Counted from the stretch's first letter, positions 51,702-64,000 are shown. The stretch is 64,000 bases of DNA from Dimorphilus gyrociliatus (GCA_904063045.1 CAJFCJ010000019.1:2796684-2860683), one strand, 5' to 3'. Numbers and translations are program-made. Notes: generated from the letters alone by a model not told the origin.

Positions 51702-54700
51702 ATGTCTTATTGTGTTGAATTAAAAGGCGGTTCTCCTTGGGGATTTCGACTCCAAGGTGGGCGAGAATTTGGAGAGAAATTAAAAATAGGAAGGGTAAGT
51801 ATTTTTTTTCTTCAGAAAAACCAATTACTTACGGATTACTATTCTATTTTAACAAAGTTGTAACTTTAAATAGTTTGTTCCTTAGACTTTAATATACAAC
51901 TCAACAAAATTCTCTTTTATTCTATTCTTTTCGTTAAAATTATGATCTTTAAAAAATCTTTGACTATTTAACAGCTGAATAATTTTCTGTTTCATCGACC
52001 TCTTATACACTCGATAAAGCGTGTAATATGAACTATTGACAACTTTTTGAATTATACTATTTTGGCAACTGATCAAAGAAGCGTTTGTAAAGTAATCCAT
52101 TCTTGACAATATGAAAAAGATATTCGAACAAACAATACTTTTCAATTAACTTTCTTTTCTTATTAATTATTCTTGTGTAAAATTATGTTAATTGACTTAT
52201 AAATTATTTCAGAACACTTAATAAGTGTTTTACTGTATATAGAAATCAATTATGTTTTTACTTTTTATATTTAATCCTTTTCTTCCCTCTATCTCTCTCT
52301 CTCTCTCTCTACTCTTACCCCTCTCGCCTTCTCTTTTGAATTCTTCAGTGGAAAACTGTTAAAAATATTTTCGTTAGCCCTAAGCAATGTGTTTGTAATA
52401 GTGATTCCTGTAGGAGGAAAACACTAACAATGATGTAAATCCCAGCTTTTTAGTATCTGTATATTAGAGTTAGCACGTAAAATTTTATGTTAAGATTATT
52501 ATAAGCTCTCTTTTCAAAATTCTACGCTGTAGTGGATAAATATATTTAAACTGAAAACAGATTATCTTATACAAGTGAAAGAGGAAAAGAACTGGGAAAG
52601 AGTAGGGAAGGAGGGGGTGGGAAAAAAATAAAAAGAAGAAAAGAAAGCAAAGTGAACGAAATATTTTAACATTCTTTCTTTTTCACGCCATTTTTCAACG
52701 ATAGAAAAAAATCCTTTCTAATTTGAAATTTTATTCAAGCCTTTCCTTTTTTACTTTCCTTCTTGTTACTATTCATCCGTCTCTTAAAGAAATTTCTCTT
52801 CTCAAATTGCTTTCTACCAAAAATGTCAAAAACCCCATATATTGTGATACATTTTTGTCAATATAAATTACTTTTAACAGAATAATTCATCCTATATTTG
52901 AAGGGCTTCAGAACTTTCAGTATTTATTTTTAAGTATTTAATCAATGATTAAGCACATAATACAACGGGGAAAATTCCAATCGTTCTTTACTTGTTAGTA
53001 TAACAGTACAGGCACATAGAAAAAGTTTATTGAAGACATTGGTTCGTTATTGTCAATAAACTGTTAGACGAGAAAGAGGTGTCAATTGGTTCGGGCATAT
53101 TTTGATTTCTTTTCTTCTTCTTTTTTTATAATCAAAGTTGAAATTTTTAGAATAGAATGGGGGCAAAGTTTGTTTTTATACCCTAAAACATACTCTAAGC
53201 ACTTTAGCGTTAGTGGATTTATTCGTGTAATAACCGATGACTAGTTATGTATATTTTTTCATACGAATCTATTGGAGTTTGTTGTTTTAACATTTTTGCT
53301 CATTTTCTATTTGTATATTTATACGAGTTCGTGCAGGTCATGTTCTTGATAGGCTCCGTTTGTCAGAGAGTTTATCGTATAATTGTTTAATGCAAATATA
53401 TATAGTATAAAAGTAAATCATTTAAAGTGGATTATTTACTTATAAACACGGTTTTATACCAACGATTTAATGAATATTACTCGTCTACCAGGTATTTGTT
53501 TATTCTTGATATTTTATATTTTAACTAAACAATATTTTATTCTTACGGGTATCATAAACGTATAATTTATAGAAATTCTTAGGTAAAGTGTAACTAGACT
53601 ATCTGACCTAGATTTCTTCTCTCATGGTCGTTTCTCAGATTTCTATTCATTCGTATAGAAGTGATACCCTTGGTGATGATAAAAAGGGAGATACTTAGAA
53701 CTAAATTAACTTGATTCTACCGAATTTAAGTCACTAATTAAGCAGATAAAGTGGTGGTCGAGATAGCAGGTTCCCTTCTATTCGATATTAGTTAAAGCAT
53801 AAAATTGAAGGTAGATTATGGGATTGCTATTATAAAAAGTTGCGTGAAAGTTCCGTTTAGGCTTACTAGGATAAATTCTGTAGTATAAAAGAAGAAAAAA
53901 TAAACATAATTGAGCCTTTAAAAAAACGTTTAGCTACGTCAACCGTGCACTTTTAACTTTCCGTTGATGAAGAGCAGTCTGGAAACTATTGCTGCTTTGC
54001 TTCCAAAAAAACGATACTATCTATTTTCTTTATCCCTGCTTTGATTTTTTATTTGCTACCTCGTAAATGACTGAAAGCAGGTGAAGCGATTAGCTTTCGC
54101 TCTTTTTACAAACGTAAAACAAACGTTTACTCCTAAGAATGTTTTGCGTGGCTCCATCTATTGTTTATGCATTAAACAGTTTCGGTCATAAGCAGTGTCT
54201 TATTTTAGTTGGTATAAATAACTTTTGAATAGTTTTACCTTATACTTACAGTTGAGCCTTCTAGGAAAAGCAGGAGAAACAGGAATGCAAGTCGGAGATA
54301 TCTTAATGGAAATTAATGGCAAGTCTGTAACTGATTTAACTCATGAACAATCTGTCAACTTGATCAAAAATAGCATTGAAACCTTAAATTTACGATTGAA
54401 AAGGTAAAGTAACATCAATATAAGTATCTTCTTTGTTTGGAAACGGCTTTTCACAAAATTTAGAGATAAAACGAACGACTGCCAACAAAATTCACCTGCA
54501 AAATTTCAAGGTCATAAAACGTTTTTCAATTGTTTATAGTGAGCTTTGTAAATATGCTTAGCACTTGTTTTACAGTGTGTCCCGCTTTAACTACGTCGAA
54601 TGCTCTGGAAAGAGAAGATGAGACCATAATGGATGATGATAATATATCATTCAGTTCAGAAACAGATTCTCAACCAGGAACCTTTAATATGAAAAAACCA

Positions 54701-57700
54701 TTACATCTCAAACAAAAAAGTGGTGCGATTTAATTTTTAGATCATAAAGTTAACGTAACTCGAAGGCTTTTAGGCCACTCTTAGTTTATTTCATTTTTTG
54801 TAAACTTAATTAATTCGATTTGCTACTTAATTCTTTGAGGGAAATTCATCCTTTGATCTATTGTTGTTTCTTGTTTGTTCGTTTTCTAAGTCTAAGAATT
54901 TCTTTTTACTTTTTTTTTAAATAGTAATAATAGATTTTCAACAACTCAAACAATTCAATTATTTATAAAAAACCGTGGAGAATTAGTCAACATTAGTTCT
55001 TTTCAATTTATCAGAAATAAAATTTCAGGTCCGTCAATCAACCACGAAAGCAAATGTTCAGATATAGACAAGCTAAATTCTTTGGATATGCAGGGTAAGT
55101 TTTCTTTTTTCGTCAATATTACTTTTATATTAACGATTAAACTTAAAAATTCACCCGCTAAATTATATGTAAAATTAGGACTATATTTGATCTTGAGCTG
55201 TTGCATTAAGTATCACTTCGTCGTAGGTAACACAAAAAGTTTATTATTAAATGATACAGAAAAACAGAATTCAACACCAATTACGTGGCAAGAAGCGAAA
55301 TTAATGCCACTCAGGGCCAACTCTCAAAAAGAATTACTTATTGATACTTCAAGTCCTACTCGAATTGCATCTCCAATTTTATCTCCAGCTCAAAGGCGGT
55401 CGCTACTGGCCGGATCTTCGCCTGGAGAACGAATTCCCCCAGTAATCTTACAACCAGACATATTACTTAAACAATCAAAGAAATCTTCAAACGGCGAAAC
55501 CCTATCAACAAAAGAGGGAAAAACTTCCGGAAGTATTATTAATAAAGAGATATTGAGGAATTCAAATGATAATTTGGAAGAATATGAGAGTTGTAATACT
55601 TCTTCATTCCGAAATATTGATAAAAATCTAGGCAATTATTCTCGTGGAATGTCACATTCGAACTTAGTTTATGACTCTTTTTCAAATGATCAACCTATTC
55701 AAAAGTATTTTGTCAGAAGAGAACCGCAATATAATCAATCGCCATCATCATCGTATTCTTATACGGCAACAGGAAAGGGAAATATAATACCCCACCATAA
55801 ATTAATTGCTAGGCAATCGCCAGATTGTACAGCAAGTTGTGATAGATCGTTAACACCTACTTTAATGTCATTCAGCAACCCTGTTAATTTTAGGGAACTT
55901 AGAGATCGTCAATGCAAACGATCGATAACTCCTATTCTAAACTCGAAAGGGGGGGAGTTAAATAACCATTTTAACCACTCTTTCAACCATCTAGAAGAAG
56001 TGCAACTTAGACCCACTTCTTACTCGCAGGAAACGTGTCTTATAGGTCCCGATTCAAAAATTAACGAACCTTTTATTGAGGACAATTACTTGGGTAATGG
56101 CAAGTCTTGGAGCTCAAAAAAAACTATTAGCAAATTAGACGAAGAGGAAGAAACTTTTACCCAACCTGTAAAATCAAACGACAGTTACAAACAACATTAT
56201 TGCCATACCGCAAACATAAATTATGAAAAGTGTTATTCCCCCAATAACTTTGAGTATTATAAAGAAGAATATGTGCCTAATACAAAAAGTCCAGGGAGAA
56301 TATCTTCTCCCTTCTTAAGTCATGATAGCAATGATAATATTAGCAGAAATTTTAATTTCAACGGACAGGGAAAAAGAGAAGTGAAGCTAGATCAAACTAA
56401 AGTTGATTGGTTATCCTCTCAGGAAAATAGTTCCGCTCTAGAAGCTGCAGTCAATGCTAATAAGTTTACCGATTTAAAAGTAGGAGTGATCTCTTCAAGT
56501 GAAACAACATCTGCCCGTAATACCTTTTTAGTAAATGATAGTTCATCATCCAAATTTCAACCTAAAGGAAAAAAGTTTGAATATCATGATTGTGCATCGC
56601 CACAATTTAAGAAGACAGATTGTTCACTGGAGAAAGTGCAGTTGAAAGATCAATTAAAAACTCCACAAATTCAGACAATGTCTAGTCCTGCAATGCCCAG
56701 TCCTGCGCTAAATTACTCTGTCCTGCCAAAAACATCCGATATCACAGAGGCTATAAATAATCTGACTTTAAAACTTAACTCAAATGTTGATATCTTAGGG
56801 ACAGATTGCCAGCAAAGTAGTAAATACATTTTAAGCACGCCACTAAAGGGTAATAAGGAATCTTTTAGAAAACAGGGTTATAGAAAAATCTCTGTTCCCT
56901 CTCATGATTACTCTTATGACGGTCTAACAGGTGAGATGAGGTCTAAATTATTTGCGGAGTTGTGAATCCAAAAAAGAATAATAATTTATAATACTTATAG
57001 CTATATTGTTTTATTTTTTTTACAAGCTTTTAATGCATGAAAACATTCTATGCCTACCTATGAACAAAGTTCCACTTTATATCAATTTAGTTCCCGTATA
57101 CTAGTTGCTATTATTATCTTTTACCGTTTGCAGGAAATCAAGAACAATTGCATAGTTGGGAACTTAATGACGAAGGTATAGCATTTGTATATCCAAGATG
57201 GTCATATCAAAATTCAATTGTCACAGATACTAAGAATATACTTTCCACTTCCCCTCTAACTATTTCTTGTAACAAAACGCTCAAAATAGGCAAACAAGTT
57301 CAATCGTCATCGCATCATGCCTTAAAGCTAACTCGTTTACAGTCTACCACACCTGAAATCGAACGGCCTTCCAGCCCAATTGTTTCAACTTTTGTAAGTG
57401 ATGAAGACATAAAATAAACAAACACACCGAAACATAAAATGTTTTTAACAAAAGTATCAACCTAGTTTTTTTAATTTCCTTTTTTTTTAAAGACAGCAAA
57501 AAGGGAAAGTTATGGAATCAATTGGCAAAAAAACAGCAACATTCAATTAATGCTAGATAATAACACTAATACAACAAGCAGTTTATCAAAATCACTCAAT
57601 CCACCTATTATAAATCACGAAAAAAGAAAAGGTATTTTTATTCTTTATTAGCTATTTTACAATTATTCAGTTCAATTATCAAAACCTATTTTTAGAAGCG

Positions 57701-60240
57701 TCTAATTACTTTTACTAATATTAAAAAAGACATTTTATTAGTTCTACTTTATGTTTTATACCAAAAAGATTATGAAAATGTATTGTGTATTACTTAGTAT
57801 CTTTTTATATTTTTACCAGAATACTTTATAGTAGTATAGAACACTTTTTGCCTTTTACAGCCTATTAATTATAGTAGCTCGACAAAAGTAATATAAAAAA
57901 AGCTTTTGATTTTTTATTAATTGTATGATTATACGGTGAGAGTTTTTAGTTTTCGTTTGTTTTAAAAAAATAAGGAAGAAATATCTATTCCACCTTGTTT
58001 ATTTCAATGGTATACTCTAAATTTAAAATAATACTGTATTTAACGTTCTCGTTATTCAGATAATTATCCCCCTGAAGACTTCATTGGTAGCATCGAAAAG
58101 AGAATCAGAAATGATTCGCAGAAAGCTGATCAAATAGAAAGGAATGTTGACCAAAGACCCGCTGAAAAATCTTACAACTGGTTAACAGAAACGTCGTTAT
58201 CTAATAGGAATAGAAAAGATTTCAATGAAGATCTATCGTCTGAAAATCACTCTTTTCTATATAACGATCGATCCCCAAGAGATACGTTTACTAATGAGAA
58301 GAGATTATCATCAAGTTCAAGATCGGTAGGTTTAATCATTTTTAAAAGAAAGCTCGAAATCCCTCCAAAGAGTTTAGTTTATGTAACAGTTATAAAAATG
58401 AGCGATTTTACAAATTACAAATTACTAAAAATTGCATTAAAAACTCCCTTCCTCTGAGTATCATTTGGCGTCCAATTAATTCAGCACGATGCATCACATA
58501 TACTTCCTCTTTCGAAGAAAGAGATCTAATTAAGAAATTTTCAAAAGAGATTGATTTGCAGGGGGTTAACGAAAAAGAGCAAAAAAATTGGTATAGACAA
58601 GTATTTAAATCGTTGCACAAAAAGAAACCCGAGCAAGGTTTGTTCTCTTTCGCTTCTTCCTCACTGTTACTTAAACAATAAGCTTTTAAAAAAATCGTTA
58701 GCTTATTAATCCCAGAGTGATCTTTTAAATAGCTTTTTTTTTCTGTGTAGTATTTTTATCTTCTGTTCTTTTTCCAGAAATGAACACTTATGCACCTACT
58801 TATAAATTTTCAGATTTTGAATATCCAAAATTTTCAGGTAGATCAGTTTTGAACACACTTTTTATGTTTTTAGTTATTAATTTTAAAATAATTAGCTAAT
58901 AATTTTAATTTACGCACACATAAATAGTGGAGAATAAGGAGAATATTTATGACAAAACAGCTAGTCATAAGTTAAGGGATGAACTCTCCTCTCAAAAATC
59001 TACAATATATTTTAATGGTAAAAGAGAAATAAGTTCCACGAAGCACTTTCTATTGAATTCTATCTATTTAAGTTATTAATTCTTTTATTAATGCGTTCTT
59101 CTTAGATCCATCGAGAAATAAGTTTAGTTCAACAGAAGATTCTCATCCTAGTGAAAATCTATATTCGAGGCGAATACAAACTCAATATGATCAACCTCGT
59201 TTAAGAGAGCACGATCGTTGTTCACCCGCAGAAAAGTGTATAAAAAAAAAAAGTTCGTTTTTCGATAAGAGGCAGTGTAAAAGGAATCGTTTCAAGGATT
59301 TACGATTTTGTGAACCAAATAAAGAAACTTTTTATAGTAAGTTGTATGTTAGGAATTTTTCAAGAAACTTCATATTACCTCATCTTTATTTTTATTAGAT
59401 CGGGCAAGTAATGAAAATTCGATTCGAGATCACTCAGAGGATATTAAGAGGCCCGTAATGTATACACCCCACGAATTAAACGGAATAGCTAGGGCTAAAT
59501 ACAATTTTACGGCTGAAAAAAAGAACGAATTGACATTAAAGAAGGGTGATATGATCAATCTCGTTCGGCAAATAGACCAAAACTGGACTCAAGGTCAATG
59601 CAATGGGCATATAGGTGTTTTTCCAACAAAATATGCTGAATATCTAGGCCATCCCGAATCAGAAATATACATTAAGGAAATCACAGCAGAAAGGGCGTTG
59701 GCATTATATAATTTTAAACCACAAACTGATATTGAATTGCCTCTTCGCAAGGGCGAAACAATCAAGTTAATCCGAAGAGTTGATCAAAATTGGTGGGAAG
59801 GTCAAATTGGAAATAGACAAGGAATTTTTCCGTCATCATATGTAAAAGTAATTACATTTCCCCCTAACCAAATGAATGATTTTATTAATGGGGAAGTCTT
59901 ACATACATCAAGCAACGACGGATACTCGTCTTCCAATTCATATATAAATATGAAAAAGCAGACGCATGATGAAGGAAAGAATCTGTAAGTGTGATACATC
60001 GAATTACTTCTTGCTCTTTTTTTTACTTAATATACCAACAGATATCGAGCTCTATTTAAATATGTTCCCCAAAGTTATGACGAACTAGCATTGGAAGAGT
60101 CAGACTTAATCAGCATAACGGAAATTTGCCGTGATGGTTGGATGGTGGGAGAGAATAAGAGAACGGGTAAATTCGGAACTTTTCCCGGAAATTATGTTCA
60201 AGCAGTCTTCAACTTTCAAGTACCGTGTTATAAAAGCTAA
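51702..60240 (+). CDS. Sorbin and SH3 domain adaptor (SORBS/CAP/vinexin family) with N-terminal PDZ, SoHo-like motif and three C-terminal SH3 domains
   Basis: Split PDZ GGSPWGFRLQGGREFGEKLKIGR|...GMQVGDILMEING. SoHo-like NWYRQVFKSLH near 58586-58620. SH3 domains ARAKYNF...GVFPTKY, ALALYNF...GIFPSSYV and YRALFKY...GTFPGNYV. Some internal exon joins are not fully resolved. Confidence 0.82.
52291..52310. repeat. (CT)n microsatellite in SORBS intron 1
   Basis: Direct observation. Confidence 0.85.
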
Positions 60241-60277
60241 TTTGTTTTTTTTTTCAAATAAAAGTGCAAAGTTAACA

Positions 60278-60290
60278 GTGCCATCTGGTG
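60278..60290 (-). promoter_or_regulatory. CTCF-like motif CACCAGATGGCAC between SORBS and RasGRF
   Basis: Close match to the CTCF core consensus CCASYAGRKGGCRS. Binding is not demonstrated. Confidence 0.5.
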
Positions 60291-60500
60291 TTATAGATAA
60301 TAAAGACGTTGTCGTCGACGTCGCTCGCATATGTCAACAGGTACGCGGCAGTACAGTGACGCAGTGCGCTCGATGATTTATGTTAATTGCGCATAACTAA
60401 CGCCGTCTACTGTTGTAGTATATACTAGTTATAGTATAGATTAAACGCGCGCTTTTGCTTCGGTTACCATGTCGTCCGTCTTAATAGATAGTTTTTGACG

Positions 60501-63500
60501 ATGCAAAAAGCGGTTCGCGTGAATGAATCGCAACTTTTGTACTTGTCGAGCAAAGCGAAACAGGAAAATACAAAGTGCGGATATTTGCATAAGAAGAGCG
60601 TCGATACTGGAAAATGGCAGCAAAGATACTTCATCCTCTACCAGAATCTACTGTTTTATTACGAGAATGACCAGATCGTTCGACCGTCCGGCGTCGCATT
60701 GCTGGAAGGTTCCTACTGCGACCGCGTCATTACCCCTGGAAAAGGTGCTGACAAACAGGTAGGCGCGCGTTCGCTGCACTGGCGGCGTTTGTTGCCTAGC
60801 AACCTACTCTTAAACGTTCGATTAATCCGCCTTTTCAGTACTGTTTCGCAATCTATTATCGGAGGGAGGGACAACAGTCGAGGCAATATGACATGCGAGC
60901 AGAAACCGAGGCCGAATGTTCCGTATGGGTAGATGCCATTAAGCAGGCAAGCTTCGCCAAAGTCGTCGAGCAAAAAGAGTGCTTGGAGAAGAAGCACTCT
61001 CATTTACTGCAGATCTTGGAGAGCGAACGACAGGCGAAATGGCACTATGTTCAACAAACGGAAGAGTTGAGCGCCGAAGTGAAGCAACTAAAGTGCGAAA
61101 TGAAGGACTACAAACGCGAAAGACGCGCCTCCGGCGGCGAGCAATCGTTAGAGGAGGAAGGCGAGGAGATTCGCAAGATTAAGAAGGTTCAAAGTTTCTT
61201 CCGCGGTTGGCTATGCAGACGTCGCTGGAAGCAGATAGTTGACAAGTACATACGTTCTGAACACGCAGAGTCGATGCGCAAGCGTAATTCGATCGTTTTT
61301 CGATTGGTCGAACAAGAGGAAGAGTACGTCCAGCAGTTGTCCGCCTTAGTCACTGTCTTTCTGCGGCCACTTCGAATGGCTGCCAGCAGTAAGAAGCCGC
61401 CGATTACGCACGAGGACGTCAATAGTATTTTCCTTAATGCGGAAACTGTCTTGTTCCTCCATCAAATCTTCTTAAAGGGTCTTATGGCGCGTATGGAGAA
61501 TTGGCCCACTCTAGTACTTGGTGACCTCTTCGACATGCTTCTTCCGATGCTTGGGATCTACCAGGAGTATGTTCGTAATCACCATTATAGTTTGCAGGTT
61601 CTAGCAGAGTACAAGCAAAAGGCAGAGTTCAATATGCTCCTTAGACGCTATGAGGAAAAGTCAGTTTGTGAGGGTCGAACTCTAGATCAATTTCTTACTT
61701 ATCCAATGCATCAGGTACGTACAATTTATCCTCTTTTTGCTCTATAGCGTAATGGCGCCTCCGTTTACACTTTTTTAAATGTTTCAATCTATACAGTGTT
61801 ATATATTTATATGCGTAAACTTTGCACGCGTTTTTACGGTTTCGTTTTCACGCCTCGAGTAGAATTGATGCTAATTAGCTTTTTATATAAATATACGTGA
61901 CGCCAACGCCGTTCTTTCACTTTCGCTTTTTCGATCCGTCGCATTCCTAAAGCCGCTCTAAGCAGGCTTCGGAATTATGCGATTAGAAAGGAAAGTAAAG
62001 AAAACGGCGTCGGTGTATGCTGCGAAAACGAACCGTTTGTTTTTTTCCTTAATACTTTCATATTAAAACGGGGCTATGGCACCGTTTACAGTTGCAGTTG
62101 CAGTTTCAACGCAGTCGAGCGGCCAGTTATGCTCATGCTGCCGATTCCCTAGGCCTTCAACTTCCGGACGCAATAAAAAGAGCGTCAATTTGTTCTACTA
62201 GCGGAGCAACGGATAGCAATACCAGCACATTGGAGCAATTGCTTACCTACCCGATGCATCAGGTTTTCTATTCGTTGTACAAAAATATCAAGCCCTTGAT
62301 GTTTCACTATCCCTCCTTTTATTCTTTCTTTACGCTTTCACGCACCTATGCCGCACTTTCGATGAATTCAATAATTCCTGGTTGTACTATTACAACAATA
62401 CATAGTTTTTAGAGAGCATTCAAATAGTTGTAGAGGCAAACGAATTTTTTCTCCTTCCTCCTTTAGATTCCCAGATACATCATTACAATCCACGAACTAC
62501 TAGCTCACACGCCGCACGATCATGTGGAACGTAAGAGCTTGGAGTACGCCCAGGGCAAGCTGGAAGAGTTGTCACAAATCATGCAGGATGAAGTTAGTGA
62601 AACGGAGAATATCCGAAAGAACTTGGCAATTGAAAGGATGATTGTCGAAGGGTGCGATATTCTTCTAGATGTCAATCAAACGTTTGTTCGTCAAGGGACA
62701 CTTATTCAAGTTATAAACGAACCCCGCAAGAATAGTAGAACCCGTCTTGGTTCTTTCTCTTCAACATTTAAAGAGTCTAAGAAAGAAGCTGTGAGACAAG
62801 TCTTCTTGTTTACTAATCATATGCTTTTGACAACCAGAGGATCGTCAGGACGCTTACATTTAGCAAAGAATGAAGACATCTCATCGTGGAAAAAAGTGAT
62901 AAGGGATTCTGGCGGGAAGACTTACGGAAAAATTTCATTATCCGATTGCACGCTAGTAGAAGATACGAGTTCGGATACGTTCTACTACGACGAAGAGGAT
63001 TATAGCAATGTTCGAGCTGGAGATAGCCTTCTCCCCACAGCCGCCCAACAAGATAAAGCCGACTACAACGGATTAGATTTTCGATTAATTGTTGACAATC
63101 GTACTCAAAATGGTCAACCTTGGCTCATAACTCTAGTGGCAAACAGTGTTCAAGAGAAGGCTGCATGGTGTTCTGACATATCGAGCTGCATTGAAAACCT
63201 ACATTATTCCGATCTTCTGCAAACCTCAATGGCTGAAACATCGGCTGTTACGATGCCTCAACAAGTACGCTCTGATCCTAAACTCTTCCGAGACGATATT
63301 GACATCAAGTTCTCGAGAACGCTCAATTCGTGTAAAGTACCACAAATTCGGCACGCGACCGTCGAGAGATTATTAGATCGTTTGACTGATCTGCGCTTCT
63401 TGTCAATCGATTTTCTTAACACCTTTCTACTAACTTATAGAGTGTTTACGTCAGGCACTGATGTAATTTGCGCTCTTCGAAAGGTTTATCATTCACCTAT

Positions 63501-64000
63501 AGAGAACGCTAAAGTTCCTATAACAACAGATGAGAAATGCGGACATGATGTAACGCACAGACACTCGTTCGATCATGAAATGCTTAGAAACGCAGCAGGG
63601 AGTCCACCCTCCAATTTTCATGGACGTCTTGCTCCCAAAGATAATAAACTACTCATTAAACCACAAGCCGAAAAGGTTCGTCGCATTTCAACGGGCGGTT
63701 TGCGTATTGAAGTGACGGGCGAAAAGCAAAAGATTGATGTTTCCGGAGCTAGTTCGTTTACTCGGTATGACCGAGCCGATTCAATAGAAGAGGTCGATGA
63801 ACCCCCTGCCTTGTATATACCAACTAAGGCAAAGTTGGCACCGATAGCTAGCTGCGAAACGTTAAGTGATCAAATTCAAAAAACCCCCGAACGTGCATCA
63901 AGTAGTGGGGACGATGACGATGATGACGATGACAAGGAAACCTTAATGCCTCTTGCTGTTCTCAGTAGACGAACTGCCGTTCGATTTTCAACAACCCCAC
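60501..64000 (+). CDS. RASGRF: Ras-specific guanine nucleotide-releasing factor (PH-CC-IQ-DH-PH-REM), 5' partial, continues beyond the window
   Basis: MQKAVRVNE... start, [52 protein letters not shown]...LTYPMHQ|[65 protein letters not shown]. Confidence 0.96.
60791..60803. promoter_or_regulatory. RFX X-box-like motif GTTGCCTAGCAAC in RasGRF intron 1
   Basis: Imperfect palindrome matching the RFX/EF-C consensus. Confidence 0.4.
62092..62262 (+). CDS. Putative alternative 57-codon RasGRF cassette exon ending in a second [12 protein letters not shown]
   Basis: Acceptor tttacag at 62091 and donor cag|gt at 62263. The 171 nt exon is phase 0-0, stop-free and in frame with both neighbouring exons. 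Confidence 0.7.

Noticed and set aside
2743-61422. Many 60-110 aa antisense or off-frame ORFs overlapping real exons
   Set aside because: They are shadows of coding sequence with no independent support.
1-64000. Transposon, CRISPR, rRNA or prokaryotic contamination
   Set aside because: I saw no transposase/RT ORFs, terminal repeats, spacer arrays or rRNA motifs. Most genes have spliceosomal introns, and the one intronless ORF encodes a eukaryotic RING protein.

Overview
Eukaryotic, AT-rich, gene-dense DNA. Most introns are about 50-70 nt with canonical GT-AG ends, so the ORF track shows only exon fragments; I rebuilt the gene models by hand from splice sites and reading frame. The protocadherin C-terminal motif points to a lophotrochozoan with a compact genome. 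A meiofaunal annelid such as Dimorphilus would fit, but that is inference, not a database result. The window holds 14 protein-coding genes: 7-repeat delta-like protocadherin (+), Unc-4/Uncx homeobox (+), TRADD-N/DEDD-C-like orphan (-), MOLO1/TPM-like membrane protein (-), SCPEP1 (+), CARD-coiled-coil protein (+), PERK/EIF2AK3 (-), SLC6 taurine/creatine-type transporter (+), YfbL-like M28 peptidase (-), intronless RING plus propeller protein (-), short CPEB1-like protein (+), CRAL-TRIO protein (+), orphan coiled-coil protein (+) and a PDZ-SoHo-3xSH3 SORBS/CAP adaptor (+). It also holds the 5' part of RasGRF (+, runs off the window) and one tRNA-Phe(GAA). I found no CRISPR array, rRNA or recognisable transposon. 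Four observations stand out. (1) A hidden in-frame RasGRF exon re-encodes the DH-domain motif TL(D/E)QxLTYPMHQ with synonymous divergence and carries kinase consensus sites. (2) CTCF-like AGRTGGCR motifs recur at many gene boundaries. (3) The SLC6 gene has two alternative terminal exons. (4) The PERK leader has an upstream/overlapping ORF arrangement.
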